A DNA stretch of 64,000 nucleotides. It comes from an uncultured delta proteobacterium. Lineage in GTDB: Bacteria; Desulfobacterota; RBG-13-43-22. Under the pieces are notes generated by a model. It was given only the letters and a program-made list of their open reading frames with translations, did not search any database and was not told where the DNA came from. The position numbers and the translations under genes were made by a program. Below are positions 42,406-52,699 of the stretch, in pieces. The stretch spans positions 288,001-352,000 of the forward strand of contig CAWDKY010000015.1 in assembly GCA_963802945.1 (NCBI GenBank), given 5' to 3'. Each line of letters opens with the position of its first letter. Position 1 is the stretch's first letter.

Positions 42406-42559
42406 CTTTTCCGTGGGTCCGGCGTCCCAGGGCAACGGCAGCGGGATTCTTCTCTTCTTGGGTAGGTTGTTCGACTTCTGGTGCAGGGTTCTTAACTGTT
42501 TCCTGCACCATGAATTTAGCAAGTTGGTTAATATCGGCAGGAGCTTCCTTTTTAGTCAT
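42386..42559 (-). pseudogene. truncated small IS-associated protein
   Basis: Manual translation MTKKEAPADINQLAKFMV...KNPAAVALGRR; the basic tail I expect for this family is missing. Confidence 0.55.
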
Positions 42560-42607
42560 GCTTTATCCTATAGCATGACCGCTCAAGGAAATCAAGAAGG
42601 AGAAAAA

Positions 42608-42625
42608 TCAAACTGACCCACTACC
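42608..42625 (-). mobile_element. candidate IS1-family terminal repeat relic
   Basis: Minus strand GGTAGTGGGTCAGTTTGA resembles IS1-type GGTARTG ends; no transposase nearby. Confidence 0.45.
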
Positions 42626-42713
42626 ATTTTTACACACATAATGACATGACTCCTTCAGTAAGGATGGCCTCTTAAAATGAGTGGATTGCCAGAAAAAAGG
42701 GAGGGACAAGACC

Positions 42714-43880
42714 TCAGGCGTAAAGTAAATATTTTTGCCGTAGTTCTAAAAAGTCGTTCAATCCAACCATCCAAGAGGCCTCCAGTTCTTTAGTAGACTT
42801 TCCGACCTCCAGGGCCTGCCGGAGTTCCTGATCACCAATCAATAAATCAATGGGCAATCGCCTGGTTTCATATTCATAGGGAGGGGGTTTCCATTGAAAG
42901 GCATCTTTATTAAGGGCACGGACGGCTTGGAGCAACGTTAACGAGGTTAAATAGGGTTTAAACACCTGCCGATCAAACACCCACAAAAAAAATCCCCGGC
43001 ATTCCTGGCCCTGCCATTTTTGAAAGGTGGGGCGAAAGGCCATCTCGATCAACCGAACTCCCGGTAAAGAAACATCTTTAAGATACTCTTTGATTTCCTT
43101 GGGGTTGATAAAAGGGGCCCCGAAGACCTCAAAGGGGCGGGTAGTGCCCCGGCCTTCGGAGATATTGGTCCCTTCCCAAAGGACCTGGCCGGGGTAGACC
43201 AGGGCCGTTGATAAGGTCGGCATGTTGGGTGAGGGCATAATCCAGGGGCAATCGGTTTGATCAAAATATTGGGATCGCTGCCACCCATTCATGGAAATCA
43301 CCCTAAGCTCGGCCCCGATGTCCAATTCCTGATTAAACATTTGGGCCAATTCACCCATGGTCATGCCGTGGCGCATGGGCAGGGGATAGACCCCGACAAA
43401 GGAAGTCCAGGCTGGTTGAAGCCTATTTCCTTCCACGGCAGTTCCTGTAACCGGATTGGGGCGATCGAGGACTACGACTTCTTTCCCCTGCCTTCGGGCT
43501 TCCTGAAGACAATAGGTCAGGGTGGTGATAAAAGTATAGACCCGGGTCCCCACATCCTGGAGGTCAATCAAAAGAACATCGATGGCCTCCATCATCTGAA
43601 CCGTGGGGCGTCGTGTCTGGCTGTAAAGACTGTAAATGGGCAGTCCCGTGGCCGAATCCAGGCCATCCGGAGATTCAATCATATTGTCCTGTTCGGTGCC
43701 CCAGAATCCGTGCTGGGGGGAAAAAAGACATTGCATATTATTTTGAAATTTACTCCAGAGAAGATCTTTGGTATAAAATCCTATTTTAGAAACCGAGGCT
43801 TGGTTGGACAGCAGACCCCAGCGTTTCTTTTGCATGTCCGCCGGCGGATGAGATAAAAAAGAATCAATCCCAAGGAGCAT
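42714..43880 (-). CDS. DUF1343 / NamZ exo-beta-N-acetylmuramidase
   Basis: FSPQHG, SLY...RRP, DLQDVGTRVYT, LDRPNP, RHGMTMGELA, PSPNMP, SEGRGTT.PF. Confidence 0.9.
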   Translation of the reverse strand: MLLGIDSFLSHPPADMQKKRWGLLSNQASVSKIGFYTKDLLWSKFQNNMQCLFSPQHGFWGTEQDNMIESPDGLDSATGLPIYSLYSQTRRPTVQMMEAIDVLLIDLQDVGTRVYTFITTLTYCLQEARRQGKEVVVLDRPNPVTGTAVEGNRLQPAWTSFVGVYPLPMRHGMTMGELAQMFNQELDIGAELRVISMNGWQRSQYFDQTDCPWIMPSPNMPTLSTALVYPGQVLWEGTNISEGRGTTRPFEVFGAPFINPKEIKEYLKDVSLPGVRLIEMAFRPTFQKWQGQECRGFFLWVFDRQVFKPYLTSLTLLQAVRALNKDAFQWKPPPYEYETRRLPIDLLIGDQELRQALEVGKSTKELEASWMVGLNDFLELRQKYLLYA

Positions 43881-43904
43881 GATACAAATCCTTCATGCAA
43901 AAAC

Positions 43905-43980
43905 CGTTCGGCGATCAGTGTTCAGTGTTCGTCGAAGAATGACTAATGATCTTTTCGTACTCAAAATCGAATGTCGAAGG
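43905..43980. repeat. degenerate tandem-heptamer element (YGTTCRK units)
   Basis: CGTTCGG-CGATCAG-TGTTCAG-TGTTCGT ... CGAATG-TCGAAG; similar units at 28516-28531. Confidence 0.55.
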
Positions 43981-44085
43981 AGAAAAATTTCTTAATTCCA
44001 TCTTCTTAGCCCAATATTCATCATGCTATTTTCATGCTGACTGATTATAAGAAGATAAGCATAAAAGTCAAGGAAAGCCGACTTC

Positions 44086-44358
44086 ATGAAAAAAATCCTT
44101 CTCGTGACCATCGCCCTACTGGTTCTCCAGACGACCATTTTATTGGTTGAGGCCGCAGAAGGCAGCCTTTCCCGTCTTTCAACAGAAAAAAGCAAGTTCA
44201 TGACCTGGGGCTGGCCATCGAACATGGTTGATATCGGCCTTGGATATCTTTTTCCCATGAGTACTTGTTCCTGGGAGATCAGCTTTCCGGATCAATACGG
44301 CCGAAACAGATCGGCCTTTTTTTACAAATCATTTGGAGGTTTTGAAAATGTCTCTTAA
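44086..44358 (+). CDS. hypothetical exported protein
   Basis: MKK plus hydrophobic signal peptide (VEA-A); RBS AAGGA. Confidence 0.45.
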   Translation: MKKILLVTIALLVLQTTILLVEAAEGSLSRLSTEKSKFMTWGWPSNMVDIGLGYLFPMSTCSWEISFPDQYGRNRSAFFYKSFGGFENVS

Positions 44359-45112
44359 ACCCTATCAGCAGGAATTCGCCCGTTTTTTAGCGGAAACAGG
44401 TAGTCTTTTTTTTAGAAAGGGCTTGGTTCTAAAAGATGGCCGCCCCAGTCCCTATTTTGTCAATATGGGACGCCTGTGCACCGGCAAACTGAGTTTTTCC
44501 CTCGGCTCTTTTTTTGTCCGCCGTCTCCTGGAGTTGAAACGATTATCGGAAGTGGATATCATTTTAGGACCTTCCTATAAAGGCAGTGCCATTGCCCAGG
44601 CCATGACTATAAACTTTTGGACCGAGCACCGGAAAGAATTATTTTTTGAATATGATCGAAAAGAAATCAAGAATTACGGCGAATCCTCCGGGCAAAAAAA
44701 CCTGATGGTCAATAATAGTTTTTTCGATGGCTGCGGTCTCTGGATCGTGGATGATGTTGGCACTTCTATGGCTACCAAATATGATCTCCTGGAGAAGATC
44801 GTTCTGGAAGGGGAGCAGAAAAAGATCTCGGTTCGTATTGTAGGGTTATGCCTGGGTATCGACCGCCAACAAACCATGCCTTGTTATGATTCGGCGGGAC
44901 AGATCATCCTCGGGAAAAAGGGGGAAGATGCTTTAAAACAATTTACCGAAACGACCGGGGTGGCGGTTTATTCGATAGCCCCTATCTCCGAGGTAATCGA
45001 TTATCTTTTCAGAGAGCAGGTTCCGGTTCAAGTCGAGGGCGCCTGGCAGCCGATCTCCGAAACCCTTAAAAAGGTGTTTGATGATTATCTTAAAGAATAC
45101 GGGGCCATTTAA
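44348..45112 (+). CDS. pyrE: orotate phosphoribosyltransferase-like
   Basis: LKDGR.SPYF.N, GPSYKG, DRKE.K.YGE, IVDDV PRPP loop. Confidence 0.85.
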   Translation: MSLKPYQQEFARFLAETGSLFFRKGLVLKDGRPSPYFVNMGRLCTGKLSFSLGSFFVRRLLELKRLSEVDIILGPSYKGSAIAQAMTINFWTEHRKELFFEYDRKEIKNYGESSGQKNLMVNNSFFDGCGLWIVDDVGTSMATKYDLLEKIVLEGEQKKISVRIVGLCLGIDRQQTMPCYDSAGQIILGKKGEDALKQFTETTGVAVYSIAPISEVIDYLFREQVPVQVEGAWQPISETLKKVFDDYLKEYGAI

Positions 45113-45164
45113 TCTGAATAAGCAGGAAATATCAGTAGGACAGGATTTATGGAATTTAAAAGAG

Positions 45165-45728
45165 ATGAAAAAAGAAAAAATCAGACAATTACTCCATAAT
45201 AAAGGAAAGCCGATAACCGATCGCCCTGACCTTAAACTGGCCGCTGTTCTGGTTCCTTTATTTCAGAAAAACCGGAAAACCCATATCCTTTTGACTAAAC
45301 GAACGGACCGGGTGGAACATCATAAAGGACAGGTCTCTTTTCCAGGAGGGGCCTTTCGTTATGAAGACCTGGATCTTCTGACTACGGCCTTACGGGAGAC
45401 CGAGGAAGAGGTCGGGGTCGAAAGGGACTCGGTCGAGATTTTAGGGGAATTGGACCATGTGGTTACTCTCTCCAATTTCCGCATCTGCCCTTATGTAGGG
45501 GTCATTCCCTATTCGTATCCTTTTAAACTGAGTGCCTTCGAAGTGGAACGTCTGATCGAACTTCCGCTGAAATATCTCTTGGAAGAGGCCGAATTTAAGG
45601 AGGCCCTCTTTACCTACGAAGGGCGATCTAACATCAACCTTCATATCGATTTTCAGGGAGAAATCATCTGGGGAGCCACCGCCAGGATCTTGAAAAATTT
45701 TATGGACATCCTGCTCAAATCATCCTGA
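45165..45728 (+). CDS. Nudix CoA pyrophosphatase
   Basis: LLTKRT....HKGQVSFPGG, ALRETEEEVG, IWGATA. Confidence 0.9.
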   Translation: MKKEKIRQLLHNKGKPITDRPDLKLAAVLVPLFQKNRKTHILLTKRTDRVEHHKGQVSFPGGAFRYEDLDLLTTALRETEEEVGVERDSVEILGELDHVVTLSNFRICPYVGVIPYSYPFKLSAFEVERLIELPLKYLLEEAEFKEALFTYEGRSNINLHIDFQGEIIWGATARILKNFMDILLKSS

Positions 45729-45787
45729 AATTTTTACTTACTCAAACCTCTTTACAATTATTTTTCCCGATGGTATATCTTAATAGT

Positions 45788-45864
45788 CGGGACGTGGCTC
45801 AGTCTGGTAGAGCACAGCGTTCGGGACGCTGGGGTCGCTGGTTCAAATCCAGTCGTCCCGACCA
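45788..45864 (+). tRNA. tRNA-Pro(CGG)
   Basis: CGGGACG/CGTCCCG acceptor stem, anticodon arm CAGCG-TTCGGGA-CGCTG, GGTTCAAATCC T-loop, encoded CCA. Confidence 0.97.
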
Positions 45865-46313
45865 TTCTCCGCCCTTATTGATCATCAAAACAATCTCTGG
45901 CCGGTGTTGGACAAGCGGTTGGCTTATGAGCGGGTGGCCAGGCACGGCCAGATGGCGGAAATGGGAACCGGCCGTTTCTGAATATTCCCTTGCCTCTTTG
46001 ATCGTCAAAGAGCTTCTTTTTTTTCTGTTTTTCTCCTTGACTTTCATTTCATCCCTATTTTATATTCTTAACATCAATAAAAGATCCTACGTCTTGGTTC
46101 CGGAAAAGCCAAAGGACCGAAACGTTTATCCACAAGGGAAGAAAGGAGGAAGAAGATCTCTCTATCACCTCGTCCTTGGTCGTTCTAAAGTGACCTGCCA
46201 AAAAAGAGGTAATCCTGCTAAAGCATTTCGATCCCAACGGTAGCTTAATAGGAACAAGACATCATGTTAAAATGGGTTTTTAAGGTGTAATTGAAAAACA
46301 AGAGGAGGAATCT

Positions 46314-47519
46314 ATGGATTTTAAATTAACCGAGGAACAGTTGGCGCTGAAAAAAACGTATGACGATTTTTTCAGAGAGGAAATGAAAAAGGCTCCTCCA
46401 AGCGTTATCAAGGGCGGCTTGGAAGGTTCATACTCGGACGACGGCTTTGAGTTCAGCAGATATATAAGAAAAAAGCTGGTTGAAAAAGGCTGGTATGTCC
46501 AACATTGGCCGAAGGAATACGGCGGCCGGTCTGCGCCTCTCATTGAACAGTTGATCTTTAATGAATCGATGGGCTATTTCGGCGTGCCCGGAATCGACGG
46601 CTTTGGAGTGGGGATGTTCGGCCCGACCATTCTTCTTCATGGTACCGAAGAGCAGAAAAAAAGAATTCTTCTTCCCATTGCCCGCGGTGAGGTTCAGTAT
46701 TCCCAGGGGTGGAGTGAACCGAATGCCGGTTCCGATCTGGCTTCACTCAAAATGACGGCTATTAAAGACGGGGAATATTACATCGTCAACGGACAAAAAA
46801 CATGGTCAACCGGGGCACACAAGGCCGATCATATGTTTCTGCTGGCCCGGACCAATCCGGCCGAAAAGCGTGGCCGGGGCTTATCGGTTTTTAATTGTGA
46901 TTTTGCCTGGCCGGGTATTGAAGTCAGGCCCATCAAATATATGGACGGTGCCCATATTTATAACGAGGTCTGGTTTACCGATGTGAAGATCCATGAATCC
47001 GAGCGGATCGGGGCGGAGAATCAGGGCTGGGGCATTACCCGGGACACCATGAACTTTGAAAGATCGGGCATAGGAACTTTTTCCCGGGTCAGAAGACATT
47101 TGGAACAAGTTGTCGAATATGTCAAAACAACCAAACGGAACGGCAAATATCTCTATGAAGATCCCCTCGTTCGTCAAAAAATAGGAAGGATTTATGCCGA
47201 TATGGAGGCCGGACGGGCCCAGGCCTATCGGATCGCCTGGCTGCAGGAAAAGGGGAACCTGCGTTTTTCACCGGCCGCTGCCTCTGAATCGAAAGTATTC
47301 GGCACGGAATTAACCCAGCGCGTGGCTGATTTTACATTGGAAATCATCGGATTGCCTGGGAATCTGGAGGGTTCGAGTTGGGCGCCCTTACATGGCAGCA
47401 TGATCACCATGTATCAGTCGATTATCGGCAGCATTATCTGCGCGGGTTCAAATGAAATTCAACGAAATATTATTGCCTGGGTCGGCTGCGGTCTGCCAAG
47501 GTTAAAAGGACAAGGATAA
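46314..47519 (+). CDS. acyl-CoA dehydrogenase
   Basis: QGWSEPNAGSDLA, NGQKTWS, NEVWF.DV, I.AGSNEIQRNII. Confidence 0.93.
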   Translation: MDFKLTEEQLALKKTYDDFFREEMKKAPPSVIKGGLEGSYSDDGFEFSRYIRKKLVEKGWYVQHWPKEYGGRSAPLIEQLIFNESMGYFGVPGIDGFGVGMFGPTILLHGTEEQKKRILLPIARGEVQYSQGWSEPNAGSDLASLKMTAIKDGEYYIVNGQKTWSTGAHKADHMFLLARTNPAEKRGRGLSVFNCDFAWPGIEVRPIKYMDGAHIYNEVWFTDVKIHESERIGAENQGWGITRDTMNFERSGIGTFSRVRRHLEQVVEYVKTTKRNGKYLYEDPLVRQKIGRIYADMEAGRAQAYRIAWLQEKGNLRFSPAAASESKVFGTELTQRVADFTLEIIGLPGNLEGSSWAPLHGSMITMYQSIIGSIICAGSNEIQRNIIAWVGCGLPRLKGQG

Positions 47520-47532
47520 GGGGGTATAGATT

Positions 47533-48669
47533 ATGGATCTTGATTTCACTTCAGAACAAACAATGCTCAGAGACTCCGCAGCCAAATTTTTTGTTAACGA
47601 ATGTAATTTTGAAAAGGTTAAACATATCGAAGAGACCAAAGAAGGGTACTCTCCGGAATTGTGGCAGAAGGTAGCCGAACTGGGTTGGACGGGTATGTAC
47701 TTCCCTGAAGAATATGGCGGGTATGGCGGGACGTTCATGGATATGACCATTATCCAGGAGGAAATCGGCAAAGCTGTTTTCCCCAGCCCCTTTTTTTCTA
47801 CCGTTATTCAGTGTGGGCTGCTGGTATTGGAAGGCGGTACCAAGGAGCAAAAAGAGGATCTTTTGGGCCGCATTGCCGAGGGTAGTCTGATCATGTCTTT
47901 GGCCCAATATGAGCCGGAAACCGATTTCAGTTATGAGAGTATCCAGATGACTGCGGAACCCAAAGGGAATGACTATATCTTGAATGGGACCAAATTATTC
48001 GCTATGGATGCTAATATCGCCCAAAAGCTCATCGTAGCGGCCAAGGCGGGAAGCGCGGGCTTAAGTCTATTTCTCGTTGACGCCAAGGCTCCGGGGGTAA
48101 AAATAACCAAACTACCCTATGTGTCATCGGAAAATGCCTGTGAGGTCATTTTTAAGGATGTCAAGGTGGCCAAAGCGGACATGCTCGGGGCACCGGGTCA
48201 AGGAGCGACGCTGCTGGAGAAGATGTATGCCAAAGCGACGGTGGCCAAGGCGGCCGAGATGTCCGGGGGCTGCAAGGCTTCCATCGATATGACCGCCAAA
48301 TATGCCAGGGAAAGGGAACAGTACGGCAATCCCATCGGCGGCTATCAGGCCATCCAGCATTTCATGGCCAATATGCTGCTGGCCTCTGATACCTGTAATA
48401 ATTACCTGTATCGGGTTGCCTGTATGGTTGATGAAGGAGATGACTTCAGCCGAGATGCCTCTGCTCTGAAAGCTGTGGCCAATGAGGCTTACCGCTTTGT
48501 AACGGAAAGAGCCGTCAAGATATTTGGAGCCATTGGAACCACCAGAGAGGGCGACATCGCTCTATACTATCGAAGAGCCCATCCCTTCTCCATGATATGC
48601 GGAAGTACTTCTTACCATTATGAAAATGTTGCTCAAAAACTCCTAAAAGAAGGCATGGGGGCTTTTTAA
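47533..48669 (+). CDS. acyl-CoA dehydrogenase (probable partner subunit)
   Basis: LNGTKLF, REQYG.PIG.YQAIQH, FGAIG; degenerate C-terminal motif. Confidence 0.9.
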   Translation: MDLDFTSEQTMLRDSAAKFFVNECNFEKVKHIEETKEGYSPELWQKVAELGWTGMYFPEEYGGYGGTFMDMTIIQEEIGKAVFPSPFFSTVIQCGLLVLEGGTKEQKEDLLGRIAEGSLIMSLAQYEPETDFSYESIQMTAEPKGNDYILNGTKLFAMDANIAQKLIVAAKAGSAGLSLFLVDAKAPGVKITKLPYVSSENACEVIFKDVKVAKADMLGAPGQGATLLEKMYAKATVAKAAEMSGGCKASIDMTAKYAREREQYGNPIGGYQAIQHFMANMLLASDTCNNYLYRVACMVDEGDDFSRDASALKAVANEAYRFVTERAVKIFGAIGTTREGDIALYYRRAHPFSMICGSTSYHYENVAQKLLKEGMGAF

Positions 48670-48788
48670 GGCCCTTTTTACCCGTTCCCGGTATCTCTTT
48701 GGATATCCGGGAACGGGAAGAACTTTCAAAGTATCTTTCCCTCAGTTTTCGTTCTAAGTCATCATGCACCGTTAGGTCGCCACTAAAT

Positions 48789-48870
48789 ATGAAAATTATT
48801 CTAAGGATTCAATGGGAAGGCCTGGAAGCTAAAACCCTTGAACCCTCGAATCCTGGAATCCTCAAACCCT
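48789..48870. repeat. 24-bp dispersed repeat (copy 2) plus octamer arm
   Basis: 48789-48812 equals 1514-1537; then TTGAACCC-TCGAATCC-TGGAATCC-TCAAACCC. Confidence 0.8.
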
Positions 48871-48898
48871 ACCTTTGTTTTAAAGTGAAAAACCTGAC

Positions 48899-49939
48899 AT
48901 GACCGAATTTTCCATACTTGATCAGATAGCCAAAATTCGTGAATTCGAAAAAGGTCATCGGGCCACCCAGGTTATTAATACCGGTTTCAGGTGTGGAATA
49001 CTGGGTGCCCTGGCCGAATTCCCTGAAGGCCTCACAGTTAATGAACTGTCCTTAAAATTAATGCTCTATGCGCCCTTTTTAAAGATCTGGTGCCAAACCG
49101 CCTATCATTTTGAAATCCTTGACTGTGATGAACAGGGCCGATTTCGATTGCAGCCTTTTCTTGAAGAGGTTTTGGGCCTCAACATGGCCTATCAGAATTA
49201 TCCGGCCAGGGCGGAGAACAATATGGGTGGAGTTCAGCCAATAGGTGCAGACGACCCGCTTTGGGAATATATTCGAACCGGAAGATCAGCCTATTCACTC
49301 GAATCAAAAGGTGCCTCCTTGGCAGCCTGCCGGGCAACTCAGAGTATGCCTACGATTTTTATGTCCATGGTTTTTCCGGAAAAGGATCATCTCAAAAAGA
49401 AGCTGGAGGAGGGTTGCCGATATTTAGATATCGGCTGCGGGAGCGGCAGTTTGATTATTGAATTCGCTCAGATTTTCAAAAGAAGTTCCTTCGTCGGGAT
49501 TGATCCTGATCCCTACGGAATTGAAACCGCCGGGCAATCGATTTCCAAATTCGGGTTGGGTGATAGGGTAAGTGTGGAAAATTTGGGCGGTGAGGAAATC
49601 AATTTTAATGAAGCATTCGAGATGTCCGGTATGGTCCTGACCCTCCATGAAATTCTGCCGGAAGTCCGTCAGGAGGCTATGACCAAAAGTTTTCGGGCCT
49701 TGAAGAAAGACGGACAGCTTTTAATTCTCGACTATCCTTATCCGAGCCGCTTGGAGGATTTCCGAAATCCAAGATATGAGTATGGGATTGTCGAACAGTA
49801 TTTCGAAGCCGTGAGTGGTATCGTCCATATCCCCCAAGAAGAACAGGATGAACTGCTTTACCAAGCCGGCTTCAAAACCATCGAACGTATGCCCGTTGGT
49901 GACGGCGGCATGCTGGATTTTATTACAGCAGAGAAATGA
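48899..49939 (+). CDS. class I SAM-dependent methyltransferase with N-terminal winged-helix-like region
   Basis: LDIGCGSG, VGID, LHE, ALKKDG.LLI.D. Confidence 0.85.
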   Translation: MTEFSILDQIAKIREFEKGHRATQVINTGFRCGILGALAEFPEGLTVNELSLKLMLYAPFLKIWCQTAYHFEILDCDEQGRFRLQPFLEEVLGLNMAYQNYPARAENNMGGVQPIGADDPLWEYIRTGRSAYSLESKGASLAACRATQSMPTIFMSMVFPEKDHLKKKLEEGCRYLDIGCGSGSLIIEFAQIFKRSSFVGIDPDPYGIETAGQSISKFGLGDRVSVENLGGEEINFNEAFEMSGMVLTLHEILPEVRQEAMTKSFRALKKDGQLLILDYPYPSRLEDFRNPRYEYGIVEQYFEAVSGIVHIPQEEQDELLYQAGFKTIERMPVGDGGMLDFITAEK

Positions 49940-49959
49940 AAGGTGATTTTATCCAGGTT

Positions 49960-50499
49960 TTATTGATAACGGATCACAATCCCGCCAAACACACTTGTTC
50001 CTTCAATAACTAAATAATTCTGATTCTCATTGAAATTATTACTTTGATAAGTGGAGATACCAAAAGCGCCAGTCATATTCTCCGGTAATTTTACCCCGCC
50101 AAAAACAGCTTCAGCTTTAATGCGCACCGGCGTCGCTTTACTCAAAATGACCTCCGCCCCACCAAAAACGGCATTGATCTTTATTTTGGTTACTTTTTCT
50201 TTGAGTTCAATCCCTCGTAAATCAACCACTACTTTCCCGAATACGGCATTATACTCTTTTGAGTCTCCGGGAAGGCCTCGGTAAGTCCTCTCTTGAAATA
50301 TCACCTTTCCGGAGTTTCCCTGACAAGAGGGGAAAGAAATCCAACTACCAAAGATGATTTTCAGACCTATAAAAATGAGAATCAATCCGAAAAGAACTTT
50401 AAAAATCGGAATATGGATATGGAAAATAACATTCACAATGATTCCCAAACCTAAAAGAATAATTAAAACTCCTAGGAACAGCCCTATTCCCATTTTCAT
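49960..50499 (-). CDS. LiaF/DUF2154-like membrane protein
   Basis: Two TM helices, then repeated AVFG(G) beta motifs. Confidence 0.75.
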   Translation of the reverse strand: MKMGIGLFLGVLIILLGLGIIVNVIFHIHIPIFKVLFGLILIFIGLKIIFGSWISFPSCQGNSGKVIFQERTYRGLPGDSKEYNAVFGKVVVDLRGIELKEKVTKIKINAVFGGAEVILSKATPVRIKAEAVFGGVKLPENMTGAFGISTYQSNNFNENQNYLVIEGTSVFGGIVIRYQ

Positions 50500-50763
50500 A
50501 ACCTCCTCCTTATTTTTAATAACGGTTTTCTTTTTTAATGGAAAGAGTATAAAATAAGCTCACTGAGGGATCAAGGAGAAAAAGCAGGTTCGAGAATAGA
50601 ATTAGTAATCGATGGAGTATTCATTTGGGTGCTGGAGGAGCCATATTGATCAGTCCATTGGCAATTTTTTTATAGGCATTGCGCCCTTGATTGTGGATTA
50701 TAGCGCTGTAAGACGGGATGTTGGTTCTACAACTTATTCCCCCATACAAGGAGGTTAATTAAA

Positions 50764-51546
50764 ATGGAAGTTAAGGATAAAGTAATTGTTGTTACGGGCG
50801 GCGCCAGCGGCATCGGCAGGGCTTTTTGCCGTCGGTTCGCGCAGGAAGGCGCAAAAGGTGTCACCGTGGTTGATATTAACGAAGTAGGCGCTAAGGCCGT
50901 TGCCGATGAAATCAAGGGATTGGCGCTGAAATGTGATGTCAGCAATGAAGATGATATTATCAACGTGGTCAAGCGGACCGAAGAAAAATACGGTCCTGTT
51001 GATCTGTTTTGCTCCAATGCCGGAATATCGGTTAGAGGAGGCCTTGAGCTTTCCAATGAAATCTGGCAAAAAATGTGGGAAGTCCATGTGATGGCCCATG
51101 TATACGCCGCGAGGGCGGTTATTCCCCGAATGGTTGAACGAGGCGGCGGCTATCTTCTTAGTGTCGCCTCCGCAGGTGGCTTGCTGAATACGACCGGATC
51201 CTCTTCCTATGCTACAACCAAACACGCAGCCGTGGGTTTAGCGGAAAATATCGCCATTATGTACGGCGATCAGGGGATCAAAGTTTCAGTGGTCTGTCCA
51301 CAAGCTGTTCGCTCCGGGATGACCCGGGAAGAAGTCAGTGTGGCGGCTCTCGACGGCAGGTTAGAACCGGAGGCGGTCGCCGATTTGGTGATCGAAGCTT
51401 TGGCTGAGGAAAGATTTCTGATTCTGCCCCACCCTGAGGTTAAGACCTATTTGGAAAGAAAGACCTCCGACTACGACCGGTGGCTTGTCGGTATGCGCAG
51501 ACTCCGGTCGAAACACCTCAAAGGAGAGTCTTTAAAGTCCAATTGA
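50764..51546 (+). CDS. short-chain dehydrogenase/reductase
   Basis: TGGASGIG, SNAG, Y...K (YATTK). Confidence 0.93.
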   Translation: MEVKDKVIVVTGGASGIGRAFCRRFAQEGAKGVTVVDINEVGAKAVADEIKGLALKCDVSNEDDIINVVKRTEEKYGPVDLFCSNAGISVRGGLELSNEIWQKMWEVHVMAHVYAARAVIPRMVERGGGYLLSVASAGGLLNTTGSSSYATTKHAAVGLAENIAIMYGDQGIKVSVVCPQAVRSGMTREEVSVAALDGRLEPEAVADLVIEALAEERFLILPHPEVKTYLERKTSDYDRWLVGMRRLRSKHLKGESLKSN

Positions 51547-52015
51547 TCCATAGCATTTGATTAATAGCTGCAAAGTTAGTTCGCTTTTGGCGAACCATTT
51601 GGGAACCAAACTCATTCCCAGGAATCTTTAAGAATGAAAACACGCAACAACAGGGATACAGCCGATTGTACCTATCTACCCAAGACAGACGCCAAGCCCA
51701 ACAACTCCTGGCGCACCGTCCACTACAAAGTAATTAATAAGAACTTTGTTTATTGATAGGAGACAAAAAAGGCAAGAAAAATGCAGGGCCAAGGGAATAA
51801 ACAGGGCTGAAGGCAAGGAGACTAAGGGCGTCTTCTTCTCCATTTATGCAGGAATCGAAAGATCTTCTTTTGGCCATTGGTTGCATGCCCTAACAGTTCG
51901 ATGTCTTCGTGGTCTATTCAAACCATAAAATACCAATTCAACTAACTCAACAATGTCCCGGAATACGATTTTTAAGATCAACAGCCCGCCCAGGTGTTCT
52001 GCTTTGGTTTACCGC

Positions 52016-52042
52016 AATGTGCAAGATTATAGACCTGCTCCC
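52016..52042 (+). repeat. REP-like motif at the left border of the defence island
   Basis: AATGT-N10-AGACCTGCTCCC; resembles the RAYT-end motif AATGT-N9-AGACCCGCACC (minus strand, 16206-16230). Confidence 0.5.
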
Positions 52043-52083
52043 GACCCACTATTCGTTTCTGATGGTATATATACTTATGAAGA

Positions 52084-52699
52084 TTATCGTTTCAATTCTT
52101 TACCCTGAATACGTGCGGAACTGAGAACCTGACGATTAGCAGTAAAAACTTGGATTCCTGGGATAGTAGCGTAATCGCCATCGTCGGTGATGATTTGGAT
52201 GACGCCATGCTTGGCCATTGTTTCAAGGATGAAAAGGTCGTATCCATCTACAAGCTGGGTCTGAAGACGGTTTAAGGCGGCATCCGTTGTCACCTCGTCG
52301 ATCGACATGGGTAATGGTGCAGCCAAGGATTTTACCTGTCCCCAGGAGGCCTGGATTTCTGAAACGATACGTGCGTGATCGGCTGGTAAGTTATGACGAT
52401 ATTCCTTTGTAGGAATGGAACCATTGATTTGCACATAAATTTGGCGTTCAGTCCTCTCGATCAGGTGAGAAAGTTCCGCCAACTGATAGCCCCGACCAAT
52501 AGAGCCGGGCTCCCGATATAAGTGCCTGGTTTACATAGGTCGGGTAATCAGAGAGTTGGTAAGGAATCGCGGACTGACTGGCATTCGGATAAGTCATCCA
52601 GTACCAGACATTGGAATCAACTAGGAAAATGTCAGTGTTTTGTGGAGAATCCTTCTGAATATCGACCACATCTGACTGGATATTATAATTAATTGCCAT
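52084..52699 (-). CDS. PIN-domain ribonuclease (one frameshift near 52485)
   Basis: FLVDSNVW, LAEL, DGYD and ITDDGDY acidic residues split across ORFs 52448-52699 and 52084-52482. Confidence 0.8.

Noticed and set aside
45770-46243. 157-aa ORF
   Set aside because: Overlaps tRNA-Pro and an AT-rich promoter region; no protein motifs
52039-52046. TCCCGACC as an attR copy of the tRNA-Pro 3' end
   Set aside because: Only 8 bp match and no integrase lies between tRNA-Pro and this site
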